Below are positions 23,773-33,320 of a DNA stretch of 64,000 nt, piece by piece; within the stretch, counting starts at the first letter, position 1; every line of letters begins with the position of its first letter. A program made the translations under genes and the position numbers. Source of the DNA: Naegleria gruberi (taxonomy: Eukaryota); the NCBI GenBank assembly GCA_000004985.1, contig GG738878.1; one strand, 5' to 3'. The notes below the pieces were generated by a model, which made no database searches, was not told where the DNA came from, and saw nothing but the letters and a program-made list of their open reading frames with translations.

Positions 23773-25128
23773 TTATATGAGCGTAATTGATGTTAATTGT
23801 TTCATTTCACTTATCAATTTGGCTCCTTCACCACCAATTCGATTGTCAGCAATATTAAGTGATGTTAATTGTTTCATTTCACTTATAAGTTTAGCTCCTT
23901 CTATACCAATTTGATTGTAAGAAATATCAAGTGATTTTAATTGTTTCATTTCACTTATCAATTTGGTTTCTTCATCACCAATTTCATTGTTAGAAATATT
24001 AAGTAATGTTAATTGTCTCATTTCACTTATCAATTTGGTTCCTTCATTACTAATTCGATTGCTACGAATATTAAGTGATATCAACTGTTTCATTTCACTT
24101 ATCAATTTGACTCCTTCTATACCAATTCTATTGTTAGAAATATTAAGTGATCTTAATTGTCTCATTTCACTTATGAATTTGGCTCCTTGATTAACAATTC
24201 GATTGGCACGAATATTAAGTGATATCAACTGCTTCATTTCACTTATCAATTTGGCTCCTTCATCACCAATTAGATTGTTAGAAATATTAAGTGATGTTAA
24301 TTGTTTCATTTCACTTATCAATTTGGTTCCTTCTATACCAATATCACTTTCACCAATATTAAGCGATGTTAATTGTCTCATTTCACTTATCAATTTGACT
24401 CCTTCAATACCAATTCGATTGCCACAAATATTAAGTGATGTTAATTGTCTCATTTCACGTATGCATTTGGCTCCTTCAACATCAACTTGAGTGTAAGAAA
24501 TATCAAGTGATGCTAATTGTTTCATTTCACTTATATATTTGGCTCCTTCATCAATTTCATTTTTACCAATATTGAGTGATATCAACTGTTTCATTTCACT
24601 TAGATATTTGGCTCCTTCATCACCAATTAGATTGGCAGAAATATCAAGTGACGTTAATTGTTTCATTTCACTTATCAATTTGGCTTCTTCATCACCAATT
24701 CCATTGCCAGAAATACTAAGTGATGTCAATTGTTTCATTTTACTAATGAATTTGGCTTCTTCAAAAGAATCAAGCAACCAATCAGAATATGTAACATTAA
24801 CAATACAATTCATAAATTGACTTTTCAAAAATAATTGAACTCGTTTCTTTGTAAATTTTTTTTTAAATTGAATAGTAAGTTTTGAACGTTCCTTGATCAC
24901 ATTAAAGAATTGTTTTGAAATCAAGGAACAATTATTTAAAATAAACCATGAATCATCAATCATGGAAATTATTTCAAAACAAATGTCATCTGAAAATATT
25001 TCATGTTCCAGTTTTACAACCTTTTTTGATTTCTCTTCCATATTATTATTATTAAAATTGTTAGTGAATATTTCCTCCGAATTAATGAATTGATGATTTT
25101 CAAAATCTTGTCTGTTTCGTTTGCTCAT
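23773..25128 (-). CDS. F-box-like/RI-type LRR protein (LRR paralog 2, 451 aa), tandem to paralog 1.
   Basis: Same architecture as paralog 1. The N-terminus MSKRNRQDFENHQFINSEEIF... is almost identical to that of the gene at 45393. Confidence 0.7.
   Translation of the reverse strand: MSKRNRQDFENHQFINSEEIFTNNFNNNNMEEKSKKVVKLEHEIFSDDICFEIISMIDDSWFILNNCSLISKQFFNVIKERSKLTIQFKKKFTKKRVQLFLKSQFMNCIVNVTYSDWLLDSFEEAKFISKMKQLTSLSISGNGIGDEEAKLISEMKQLTSLDISANLIGDEGAKYLSEMKQLISLNIGKNEIDEGAKYISEMKQLASLDISYTQVDVEGAKCIREMRQLTSLNICGNRIGIEGVKLISEMRQLTSLNIGESDIGIEGTKLISEMKQLTSLNISNNLIGDEGAKLISEMKQLISLNIRANRIVNQGAKFISEMRQLRSLNISNNRIGIEGVKLISEMKQLISLNIRSNRISNEGTKLISEMRQLTLLNISNNEIGDEETKLISEMKQLKSLDISYNQIGIEGAKLISEMKQLTSLNIADNRIGGEGAKLISEMKQLTSITLI
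23780..24720 (-). repeat. Tandem array of 72-bp LRR-coding units (paralog 2).
   Basis: 72-nt periodicity. The units are about 85-95% identical to each other and to the array at 21890..22830. Confidence 0.8.
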
Positions 25129-25225
25129 TTTTTAATAAAATTTTAATAATATTTAATTTTTTTAGAATATGGTGTGATTGATCACTTGTAAGTATTGACT
25201 TCATCACAATCCTTCAAGTGTTCTC
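25129..25225 (-). promoter_or_regulatory. Conserved 5' flank (about 95 bp) shared by the LRR paralogs. The same block occurs at 45297..45392 upstream of paralog 3.
   Basis: Near-identical sequence gaaggattgtgaagtcaatacttacaagtgatcaatcacaccatattctaaaaaaattaaatattattaaaattttattaaaaaATG in both copies. Confidence 0.4.
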
Positions 25226-25328
25226 TTTATTGGTATGGTTAATGTATTATTCTCCATTTGTAGTAGTGACCTTTTTGTGAGTTAATTTCTTGCAGTTTTA
25301 ATTTGGTAAAGATTTTGATTCATCTCAA

Positions 25329-25628
25329 TCAATGCTCATTATTCTTGATTTCTTTAAATTGTTCCAAAACATCGAATTCATGTTCCAAAACATCATCCAA
25401 TTCATTTGCCTGTTGTTGTTGAGATGTAAAATCATCATTAGTATTGCGCCATCCTTTCGTGAGGAGGAAATTCTTCAAGAAGTTTTCATTATTATCATTT
25501 AGTTCATGATTATTTACATCTTGATTATCAAGATTCAACGATTTGATCTTGTCAAGAGATTTTTCAATATCTTCTTCGAGTGGAATTTCCTCCTTTTCAA
25601 CATTTTCGTCGGCTTTAGTTTGTGACAT
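25329..25628 (-). CDS. Small acidic protein (99 aa), hypothetical.
   Basis: ATG-initiated ORF with coding-like codon usage (GCC GAC, CGC, ACG). No domain recognised. Confidence 0.35.
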   Translation of the reverse strand: MSQTKADENVEKEEIPLEEDIEKSLDKIKSLNLDNQDVNNHELNDNNENFLKNFLLTKGWRNTNDDFTSQQQQANELDDVLEHEFDVLEQFKEIKNNEH

Positions 25629-25714
25629 TTTTTTTCAATTTGTTTGGATTTATTGTTGATCATTCAAGTAGTTTGTGTAACAATTATTGTTGTTTTATTA
25701 CAAGATAGCTTGAT

Positions 25715-27577
25715 TTAATCAGAATCTTCGTCTGTGCTACTCATATCCAAATCATCTTCTTCATCTTCATCAGAATCTGATGAGGACATGCTCAGTGAAA
25801 TATCTGAATCAGAATCGTCCTTTTGTTGCTGTTGCTGTTGTTGAGCTTGTTTGGATCCAATGATTTTAGTGGTTGGTACAGTGGTGGTAGTTGGTGTGCT
25901 TGTTGCTGATTTGGGAGTGTTATTGGAATTGGCATTGTTGGATGGAGAGGAAGATAGTTGGGCACTACTATTATTGTTATAGAGCTTGGATAGGAGTTCA
26001 GATTGCATGAAATTGGATTCAATGGTTGGAGGTGATTGAACCATTGGTTGAGCAGCTGTTGTGGAGGGAGTTGTAGAAATTGGATTGGAGGAGGTGATTG
26101 GCTTATTTGGTGATGTGGTTGGTTGGGAGTTGTTTTGTGAAGGGGTAGAAACTTGACGAATGGTTTGGTTGGAAGTTTTTGTAAAACTGGAAACCGTGTT
26201 GAGAGGTTTGGCAGCTGTATTTGATGGTTTGGCAGCAATCACTCTTGGAATACTCTTGATATGATTCTCAATTTCTTGCTCTGATCGTTTCATTAACCAA
26301 GCATATTCATCTTCAGTATTCGAATCATCTTTGGTAATGGAAACAACATCCTGCTCCACAAGTTTATCCTTTCTATTTTCTACAATTCTAATACAATCCA
26401 AACTTCCAGAATTTTCCATATTTTGATAAAGTGGATTTAAGAATTCAATTTCGTTAGCATCCAATTCAAATCTTTCAATGAAAAACAAAACCCAATCGAA
26501 TGGGGTTGGTGTTTGTGAGTTTGAGCCACCACTATGAGATTTTAGCAATGAAGTTAATGTGGATTGACCAATTATTTGTTGACCACTTGATTGTGGAAGA
26601 ATTCCAGTAGGTGTCAGCGATTTTCTCTTTTCACTCACAGTCAATCCACCTGTATTCACAGGAGAAGATGTCATTCCTAATGAGCCAACAATTGGAGAAC
26701 CCAAAGCAAATTTAGCACTCAATCTCTTATTATTAGGTCCTAACATTTGTTGTGAGACCATGAATTTCAGATCATTTGATTTCAGGGTGATTTGATGTTT
26801 CAGGGAGGCAAATTGTTGAGACATTTGAAGTAGCATGTTTGATTGTTTCAAATGTGATTTAATATCTGATGTGGAGGTTATAAATTGATAGCCATGTGGT
26901 GGAATGAATTGTGGTTGTGAATCTCCTCTCACCTCATCATAATATTCTTCTCTATTGAGAATATTTTCTAATTCTGATGGAATTTCAAAAATCTGATCAA
27001 ATCCAAGCTTGAAAGAAGGATCCTTATCACAAATATTACTCAATGCAAATGTAAATTGTAACAATTGCTGATCATTATCAAAGGAAAAGACAAATTCTTG
27101 AGTTTCATTCTCATTTACAACATGATAGAGAACTAGACGATTTGACTTGGCAAAAACATCTTTTTCTTCACTTGGTGTATAGTCATCTTCATAATCATCA
27201 TAATCACTTGAATCACTTTGCATTGATTCTTTTCTCTTTCTATTCAATTCTTGAACTTTCTCATCAGGAGTTTTCACATTTCTAATCTGAACAAAGAAAC
27301 TATAATTCTTGATTGGAATACAATCTCTCAACTTGAGATTTTCATTAAATAAAAAGATGGCATATTCGCCTCCATTCTGACGATGATAAATTAATGTCAA
27401 TAAAACAACACGATGTTTAGTTTCGGAAATTATTTGGGTGACAGGACAGAGAAATCTACATTGTTCTAGATTAGGATTTAGAATAGATGTTATTTCTTTG
27501 TGTATGGAGTTAAGTGTACGAAGTGTTTTTAGTTTTGAATTTGATGAAGTGATTGAAGGAAGATCAACATCAGCCAT
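25715..27577 (-). CDS. Hypothetical 620-aa protein with a structured N-terminal half, a Ser/Thr/Pro/Gln-rich region and an acidic C-terminal tail.
   Basis: Long ATG-initiated ORF. The overlapping ORF 25792..26238 is antisense noise. Confidence 0.6.
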   Translation of the reverse strand: MADVDLPSITSSNSKLKTLRTLNSIHKEITSILNPNLEQCRFLCPVTQIISETKHRVVLLTLIYHRQNGGEYAIFLFNENLKLRDCIPIKNYSFFVQIRNVKTPDEKVQELNRKRKESMQSDSSDYDDYEDDYTPSEEKDVFAKSNRLVLYHVVNENETQEFVFSFDNDQQLLQFTFALSNICDKDPSFKLGFDQIFEIPSELENILNREEYYDEVRGDSQPQFIPPHGYQFITSTSDIKSHLKQSNMLLQMSQQFASLKHQITLKSNDLKFMVSQQMLGPNNKRLSAKFALGSPIVGSLGMTSSPVNTGGLTVSEKRKSLTPTGILPQSSGQQIIGQSTLTSLLKSHSGGSNSQTPTPFDWVLFFIERFELDANEIEFLNPLYQNMENSGSLDCIRIVENRKDKLVEQDVVSITKDDSNTEDEYAWLMKRSEQEIENHIKSIPRVIAAKPSNTAAKPLNTVSSFTKTSNQTIRQVSTPSQNNSQPTTSPNKPITSSNPISTTPSTTAAQPMVQSPPTIESNFMQSELLSKLYNNNSSAQLSSSPSNNANSNNTPKSATSTPTTTTVPTTKIIGSKQAQQQQQQQKDDSDSDISLSMSSSDSDEDEEDDLDMSSTDEDSD

Positions 27578-27746
27578 TTTTTTTATGATGAATTAATTAT
27601 CAATTATTGACAGGTGAGGATGATTGCTTTTTGGCCAATGGGCACAACTTTAAAGTACTTTAATTTGTTTTTACCGTAGTTTGGTTTGAGATGGAAGTAA
27701 ATATAAAAGGAAGTGTTAAGAAGTATTGAAAAAATGCAGATTTGTT

Positions 27747-27795
27747 TTGGTCGTTAAACGGTATCGAACCTGCGACCAAAAAAATGGCTTATTAT
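27747..27795 (-). pseudogene. tRNA-Ile-like 3' half (anticodon arm to T arm) with no matching 5' half. This is a tRNA remnant or pseudogene.
   Basis: The reverse complement reads ...ATAATAAGCCATTTTTTTGGTCGCAGGTTCGATACCG..., closely matching CTAATAAGCCATTGGTCGCCGGTTCGATCCCG of the intact tRNA at 28904..28976. No acceptor or D arm is present upstream. Confidence 0.45.
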
Positions 27796-28086
27796 CATTT
27801 TATCAACCACATGAAGGAATTAGAGTATTATTTTCGAAACAACCTTGACAATGGCAATTTTCATTAAGAATAACAGAATTAATGTTGTACTCATTGATCT
27901 TAATTATAATCTTTGTTGTAATAGGATTACAATGACCTAATTTTCTTGGAAAATCATCTCCCAAAAAGTTTTAATTGCGCTTCAACATTCCTTCCAATGC
28001 CATTATTACTACTACGATGGTTTTCCTATCAATCAAACAAGTACGAAAGAAGTTGACAAAAAAACTATTCACACAAACTCAACAAA

Positions 28087-28713
28087 ATGCAAAGAAAAAG
28101 TTCTAATTTGTTCCATGTTGTTGTTGGCAGGATTGGAAAACCATTGCCAATACTTGCTGAAAATTCATATGATCGTTCAATTACTTTACTTTCGAATAAT
28201 GCGTATAACATTCGAACAGAGTTTCAGAAAATAGATTACAATCCATACGTTGTAATATTTCTAAGTCCACCAACTCCAGAAGGAGAAACCACCAGAATTT
28301 CTTTCAGATTAACCTATTCTGTTTCGTATATTTCTAACAAACCATTTTACAAATATTATTATGGAGATGGAGATAATAGAACTAAGTATGAGATTTCATA
28401 CTATTACAAAGATAATTCACCAATTGGAAAATTAACATCAACTTTTATCTTTAGTTCATCAATTACATTTACTGTAAATCCAAATGCATATAATGGAGAA
28501 ACAATTAATCCAACAACTATTCGATTCACAGAAACCAATTTAACTACTGCTTCAAGTCCAACTGTCCATTTCCTACCAAGTGATACACGATTTGACAAGT
28601 GCTCAAGAATACTTGACATGAGACAAAAGCCAGAAACTTCAACAATTATCGTTGCTGTGGTTCTTCCTGTTTGTGCCTGTTTAATGATTGCATTGTTTGT
28701 TACCATGTTTTGA
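28087..28713 (+). CDS. Hypothetical single-pass membrane protein (208 aa). A coding-like in-frame extension runs to 28866 after the TGA.
   Basis: ORF with a C-terminal TM helix IIVAVVLPVCACLMIALFVTMF, then TGA. The next 50 in-frame codons are G-rich (GRGGDGGGGGGNNDRGSTGYSNFNDCSNNNNDSGGGGYYTSGGGSGFAD*), which is atypical for AT-rich intergenic DNA. Confidence 0.45.
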   Translation: MQRKSSNLFHVVVGRIGKPLPILAENSYDRSITLLSNNAYNIRTEFQKIDYNPYVVIFLSPPTPEGETTRISFRLTYSVSYISNKPFYKYYYGDGDNRTKYEISYYYKDNSPIGKLTSTFIFSSSITFTVNPNAYNGETINPTTIRFTETNLTTASSPTVHFLPSDTRFDKCSRILDMRQKPETSTIIVAVVLPVCACLMIALFVTMF

Positions 28714-28903
28714 GGACGTGGTGGAGATGGAGGTGGTGGAGGAGGTAATAATGATCGTGGATCAACTGGTTACAGCAATTTCAATGATTGTTCCAATAAC
28801 AATAATGATTCAGGTGGAGGCGGATATTATACGAGTGGTGGAGGTTCTGGTTTTGCTGATTAGTAAAATTATGAATGGAAATGAGCCTTCTTTATAAAAC
28901 ATC

Positions 28904-28976
28904 TGCTGACGGACGGGATCGAACCGGCGACCAATGGCTTATTAGACCAACGCTCTACCGACTGAGCTACGCCAGC
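28904..28976 (-). tRNA. tRNA-Ile (anticodon AAT), 73 nt.
   Basis: The reverse complement is GCTGGCGTAGCTCAGTCGGTAGAGCGTTGGTCTAATAAGCCATTGGTCGCCGGTTCGATCCCGTCCGTCAGCA. It has a 7-bp acceptor stem (one G-U), a D arm GCTC/GAGC, an anticodon loop CTAATAA and a T loop TTCGATC. One mismatch sits in the T stem. Confidence 0.75.
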
Positions 28977-29075
28977 TTATTATCTACCTTATCTTCCTTA
29001 ATCATTACCTTAGATATGGTAGTGTTTCTTGAAATTGGTTTATTTTGAATTCCTTGTTGTAAATCGTCCAACAAT

Positions 29076-29783
29076 TTACAAAGCTTGAACAGTATTAATA
29101 ACCTTATCCAAATCATTAACCTTCTTATCAACAACACTTGTTGCCTGATTAACAATTCCATTAGCAGCATTTGAAATATTATCAGCAGCTTGTTCAACCT
29201 TCTTTTGAACTGAATCAGTCACTTGATTAATCTTTGCATTGATTGCTTCGGTAATTTGCTTTTCCTTCTTTTGATATTCTTGTTCAAGTTTCTTGACAAT
29301 ACTTTCAATTTGCTTCTTGAGTTGAGCTTCAATCTTTTCCTTAGTCTTTTCGAATTGAACTTTGAGTTTATCCTTTAATTGAACTGCCTTCTTGGAAATT
29401 TCACCTTTAATCTTGTCAACTTGTTGTTTGGCAATTGTGCTGACTTTGGAGAAAACTTCCTTTGCTTTGGCTTCGACTGCCTTCTTGACTTTATTCTTGG
29501 TTTCGGCGAATTTCTTACCTAAAAATTGTTTCTTAGCTTCAACGAATTCGGCTACTTTATCCTTAACTCCATTAATTCCCTTTCCAAGATTAGTTTTGAG
29601 ATTTTCACCAATCTTTTTCAATTCATCGAGGAATTCAGTATCAGCTTCCAATGAATCAGCTTCTAAGGAGAGTGCACTCAATCCTCTGGCATTAAGTGAA
29701 ACTGCTGCTTGGGTGTTTCCAATAATGAGCGCAAGAATGCAGACGAAAGTAAGAGCTAATACAAGTTTGAATGTTGTTGACAT
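29076..29783 (-). CDS. Secreted lysine-rich amphipathic helical-repeat protein (apolipophorin/LEA-like), 235 aa.
   Basis: Signal peptide MSTTFKLVLALTFVCILALIIGNTQA is followed by repetitive K/E/A/V-rich heptad/11-mer-like helices (KAVEAKAKEVFSKV..., KLKVQFEKTKEKIEAQLKKQIE...). Confidence 0.55.
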   Translation of the reverse strand: MSTTFKLVLALTFVCILALIIGNTQAAVSLNARGLSALSLEADSLEADTEFLDELKKIGENLKTNLGKGINGVKDKVAEFVEAKKQFLGKKFAETKNKVKKAVEAKAKEVFSKVSTIAKQQVDKIKGEISKKAVQLKDKLKVQFEKTKEKIEAQLKKQIESIVKKLEQEYQKKEKQITEAINAKINQVTDSVQKKVEQAADNISNAANGIVNQATSVVDKKVNDLDKVINTVQAL

Positions 29784-30240
29784 TTTTTTTTGATTTTAAT
29801 GATTAGTAACAGATCAATGTTGAATGAAATTTATAGTTTTGGAGAATGATGTTTTGAGATGACTCCCCTTTCGAATTATTATTCGAAAATACAAAACTAC
29901 AACTCTGAAATCGGGTGACAAGACTTTCAGTGAACTATTGTTTGAAAACTTTATACAACCTATTGGCAGGAATTCAAGATTAAGTTTTGTGGAATTTAAT
30001 TTTGTAATAAATCAAAATTTCAAAGTTTCGAATAGCTAAGCGTTCAGTTTAAGTAATGAAATTGTCCAAGAAAGTATCATTCAAAAGTTACCAATTAATA
30101 TTCAAAAAGTCCAAAATAGGCAAAACAAAATAGCTCCAAAAAAAGTCAAATCACAAAACTACAATTCTATAAATTCCCGCCAATTTTTTTCACTTCCAAA
30201 AAACCAACACAAAAAAACAACAACAAAACATCACAACAAC

Positions 30241-30510
30241 ATGACTGCCGCTCATAAACTCGGATTTCAATACTTTATCTACAAGCCTTACGTTTGGTTG
30301 GGTGGATTAACACTCTTGAGTGCTGGTTCTTATTTGAATTTACAATGGCAAACTAATCAACAAGGAAAGAAGTTTCAGGATGCTCGTCCTTCAGTGGAAA
30401 CTCTTGCTTTTGAATCAAAATATAGTTTGAGACCAGGAGAACAGAAGGATGCATTGACTGGTGTTGATTTTTCACCAATTTCTCATTCGAATTGGGTTAA
30501 GAGAGATTAG
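30241..30510 (+). CDS. Small (89 aa) single-TM protein, hypothetical (possibly a small mitochondrial or membrane-complex subunit).
   Basis: ATG in an A-rich context. Codons are coding-like (GCC, CTC, TAC, ATC). One hydrophobic helix PYVWLGGLTLLSAGSYLNL. Confidence 0.4.
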   Translation: MTAAHKLGFQYFIYKPYVWLGGLTLLSAGSYLNLQWQTNQQGKKFQDARPSVETLAFESKYSLRPGEQKDALTGVDFSPISHSNWVKRD

Positions 30511-31162
30511 TATATTACATTATATCAATCTCCATCGCATTTTCTTCCTCACTTTCTAAATATTCTGTAAATTAACCTTCTTTCCAAATTGCTAATGCTC
30601 AACTAATGTAAATAAATCCAACTGAAATGACTAAATTATAAGGAGTGACCAAAGAATTGAAATGTTCCTTAGAACAATTGAGAATCTTCGCAAAAATTGG
30701 TGATGAAAGAGCTTCCATAATAAAAAAGTAGCGATTTCAATTACTTTGTCTGGATTATTCAATGGTTGAGAATCATGTGGATTGCAATATTGAGATTCGA
30801 ACAACCATGCGAAGTTATTGGAAATACATAACACCGATGATACGCCAAGTACAAATTTTCCTTATTGACAAGCTACATACTAAAAACCGCAAAGATAACA
30901 AATCCAAACAAATCACTAATCAATGGGTAAGTTTATGACAAGTTATGCATTATTTGTATCGGGAAAGAGTCCTTTGATGGCATTCTTCTTTTTCTAACAA
31001 AAATTTCCTTTCGAATAATTATAACAACGAAAAATCAAATCTCCTCAACTCACAAATGTAACCAAGATGTGCATTTTCAGTCCTGTTCACAACAAACATT
31101 GTCAAATTGATTCGAATAGTATTTAAACATTTCAAAGATACAAAAAACAAGAAAAAAACAAA

Positions 31163-32697
31163 ATGACAAACCAACAACAAGATGGTGGAGTAATTAACAC
31201 CACCTTCTCATCACCTCCAAACCAACAGTTTCGTATAAATTCACCACCTTCTCTCACTAACCTGACAAGTCAAACTTCATCTCAAGACACAATGCTTGCT
31301 GACTCACCAACCAAGATCAATAACAGTTCTCTTAATAGAAGAGAGTCCTCCACTCAAAAATCTACAACTAAAAGTTTACCATCCTCATCCAAAACTCCAA
31401 GAAGCTCCTCAGTTACAGGTTTCCATTCGAGAAACTTTCGTATATATACATGCTGTGGTATTCTAGAGCTGAATTGCTTGAAAATGACAAGTTTCCTTGC
31501 CTTGATCGTTAGTTTATTTGCTTTTGCATCCTTGATTGTGATCATTAGTGTAAACTATTCGATTGTTGCAGGTTTCAAAGCAACATTAGCAAATTTAGAC
31601 ACTGACGGAACTTATTACAGAGAATTAATGAAGTTATCTGCACGTGCTGCAGTCACAGCTGAATATAACAGAACATTGTCATTGGAATATGTCAATTTGT
31701 ACAATAATTATTACTATTTATACTATGTAGATTTAAACGCAACCATTGCAAATGTTCCTGCTTCAGTGCTGTATTGGAATCAACACAACATGTTGAGAGA
31801 CGATGTCAAATCCAGAAGAGCTGTCAAGATGGAAATCACCATGATGGTTCAAGTGACAAGTGGCAACTATTCTGCAGCTTTACAAACTCTCGATTCAGCT
31901 CAATACAAAGATTTATTAACAGGTTACCAGGAAGAAGTTCAAAGTATCTTTGATTATGCCGATAACATGAAAGAACAAAGTGCAAATCTCGATTTGGCAA
32001 CCACAACTGCTGCACTGATCATAGCCTGCACTTCCATTGTAATTGTGGTTCCTGTTCTGATTGTGTTTATTGTGTTGAGTGTCAAGAAAGATAATTCGAA
32101 AGAGAAACAATTGAGACAAGTGAAGAAATACATGATTATGGACACGATTAATGATCCTTCAGTGGTGGAAAAGTTTAAAGATTTTTGCAAACAAGAGAGA
32201 AGTGAAGAGAATTTTGCATTATTGGAAAAGATTAACGAATATAAGAAATTGTGTGAAAGAAGTTTCGATATTCAGGTTTTCTTATTCGATACTGATGTTT
32301 TGAGTAGTTCAGATCAATTTTCTGAGATGACTTCGTCGAGTAATGATGATTCTTCCAAGAAGAAGAACAAAGCAAAAAGGGATATACTGAAAAGGATTTA
32401 TTGGAAATTGAAAAGAAGAAATTCGAAATTGCATTCGAAATTTATTCAGAATTTTTGGATGTTCGTGGTGATCGTTCAGTGAATATCAGTAAGGCATTTG
32501 CTGATAATGTGAAACAACACTTGGATTATTTCGCAAAGGGAGAAAACGAATCCATTCCAGAAAGTTTATTCGAAAGTATTGAATACGAAATGTGTGTCTT
32601 GATGATGGACACTCACCACAGATTCAAACAACACTTGGAATTGCAAATGAAAGAAAAGAAACAAATCTTGTCTTCTCTCAAGAAATCCAAAAAGTAA
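31163..32697 (+). CDS. Transmembrane RGS-domain protein, paralog 1. The frame is broken by a 1-nt deletion at about 32373 and continues as ORF 32401..32697.
   Basis: Ser-rich N-terminus, a CCGILELNC motif, a TM helix, an extracellular region, a second TM, then an RGS domain (FKDFCKQERSEENFALLEKINEYKK ... EIYSEFLDVRGDRSVNIS...MMDTHHRFKQ). Compared with paralog 2 (gctaaaaaggg), this copy reads gcaaaaaggg, one nucleotide short. Confidence 0.6.
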
Positions 32698-33320
32698 ATC
32701 TCCACAATTATATTCGAAAGGGTTGTTTACATGTTATTATCACTTGATAAATTCACAGCTTTTGATATCTAAATTACAAGATTCTTGACTACAGGACTGA
32801 AGATTAATTGAGTTTATTCGATTCATCTAGTAAGGAGAAAGTGTCAAGCGTTTAGATCCCTTTTGCTAAAAAGTTTATTGGCAACGAAACATTGATTCCT
32901 CTCCGAAGAAAATGCTAAAACAAATACTAGTCCGCAAATACAAAATTCAACATGATTCGAATAACTTTTGTATTACTGATTGGACTAATGATTCTAAGAA
33001 ACAATGATTCTCTTGAGTAACAATCACAGCAACGGGTTTTTGATACTACTCAGTGCATCTATTATTTTTCAACACCATTTTCCTTATTAATGTTGCACTT
33101 TCTTTAAATGAGTAATCTTTCTGTTTTAATACGAAAGGTCCTACATCGAAATCTGTCAAATGTTGGAATTTGAATAACTCTATGGTTTCTCTGTATACTT
33201 TCGTGGCAAGACTCTCTTCAATTGATTTCAAAACAAACCATCAGTTGCCACAAACAACCGTTCATATGAAAGATTTCTCATAGTTTCGAAACACATCAAA
33301 ACATCAAAAAAAAACACAAC

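Noticed and set aside
21830-24820. Plus-strand ORFs (for example 22244-22459, 22460-22933, 23963-24490, 24539-24820) encoding repetitive INLAPSSPIRL peptides
   Set aside because: They are antisense read-through of the 72-bp tandem repeats of the minus-strand LRR genes, so open frames are expected in repeats. The sense strand has the F-box N-terminus and a proper start.
21877-25128. Regular short repeats that could superficially resemble a CRISPR array
   Set aside because: The units are 72 bp with no unique spacers and are in-frame coding LRR modules of a eukaryotic gene. The locus has spliceosomal introns nearby and no cas genes.
28711-28713. TGA as selenocysteine in the 28087 gene
   Set aside because: No SECIS-like ATGA...AA...GA stem-loop fits in the 40 nt before the downstream tRNA gene. 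The protein does not resemble known selenoproteins such as SelK or SelS, where Sec is near the C-terminus.
27600-29000. tRNA-targeted retrotransposon next to the tRNA-Ile gene
   Set aside because: No reverse-transcriptase, integrase or gag-like ORF and no long terminal or poly-A structure are visible. Only a half-tRNA remnant is present.
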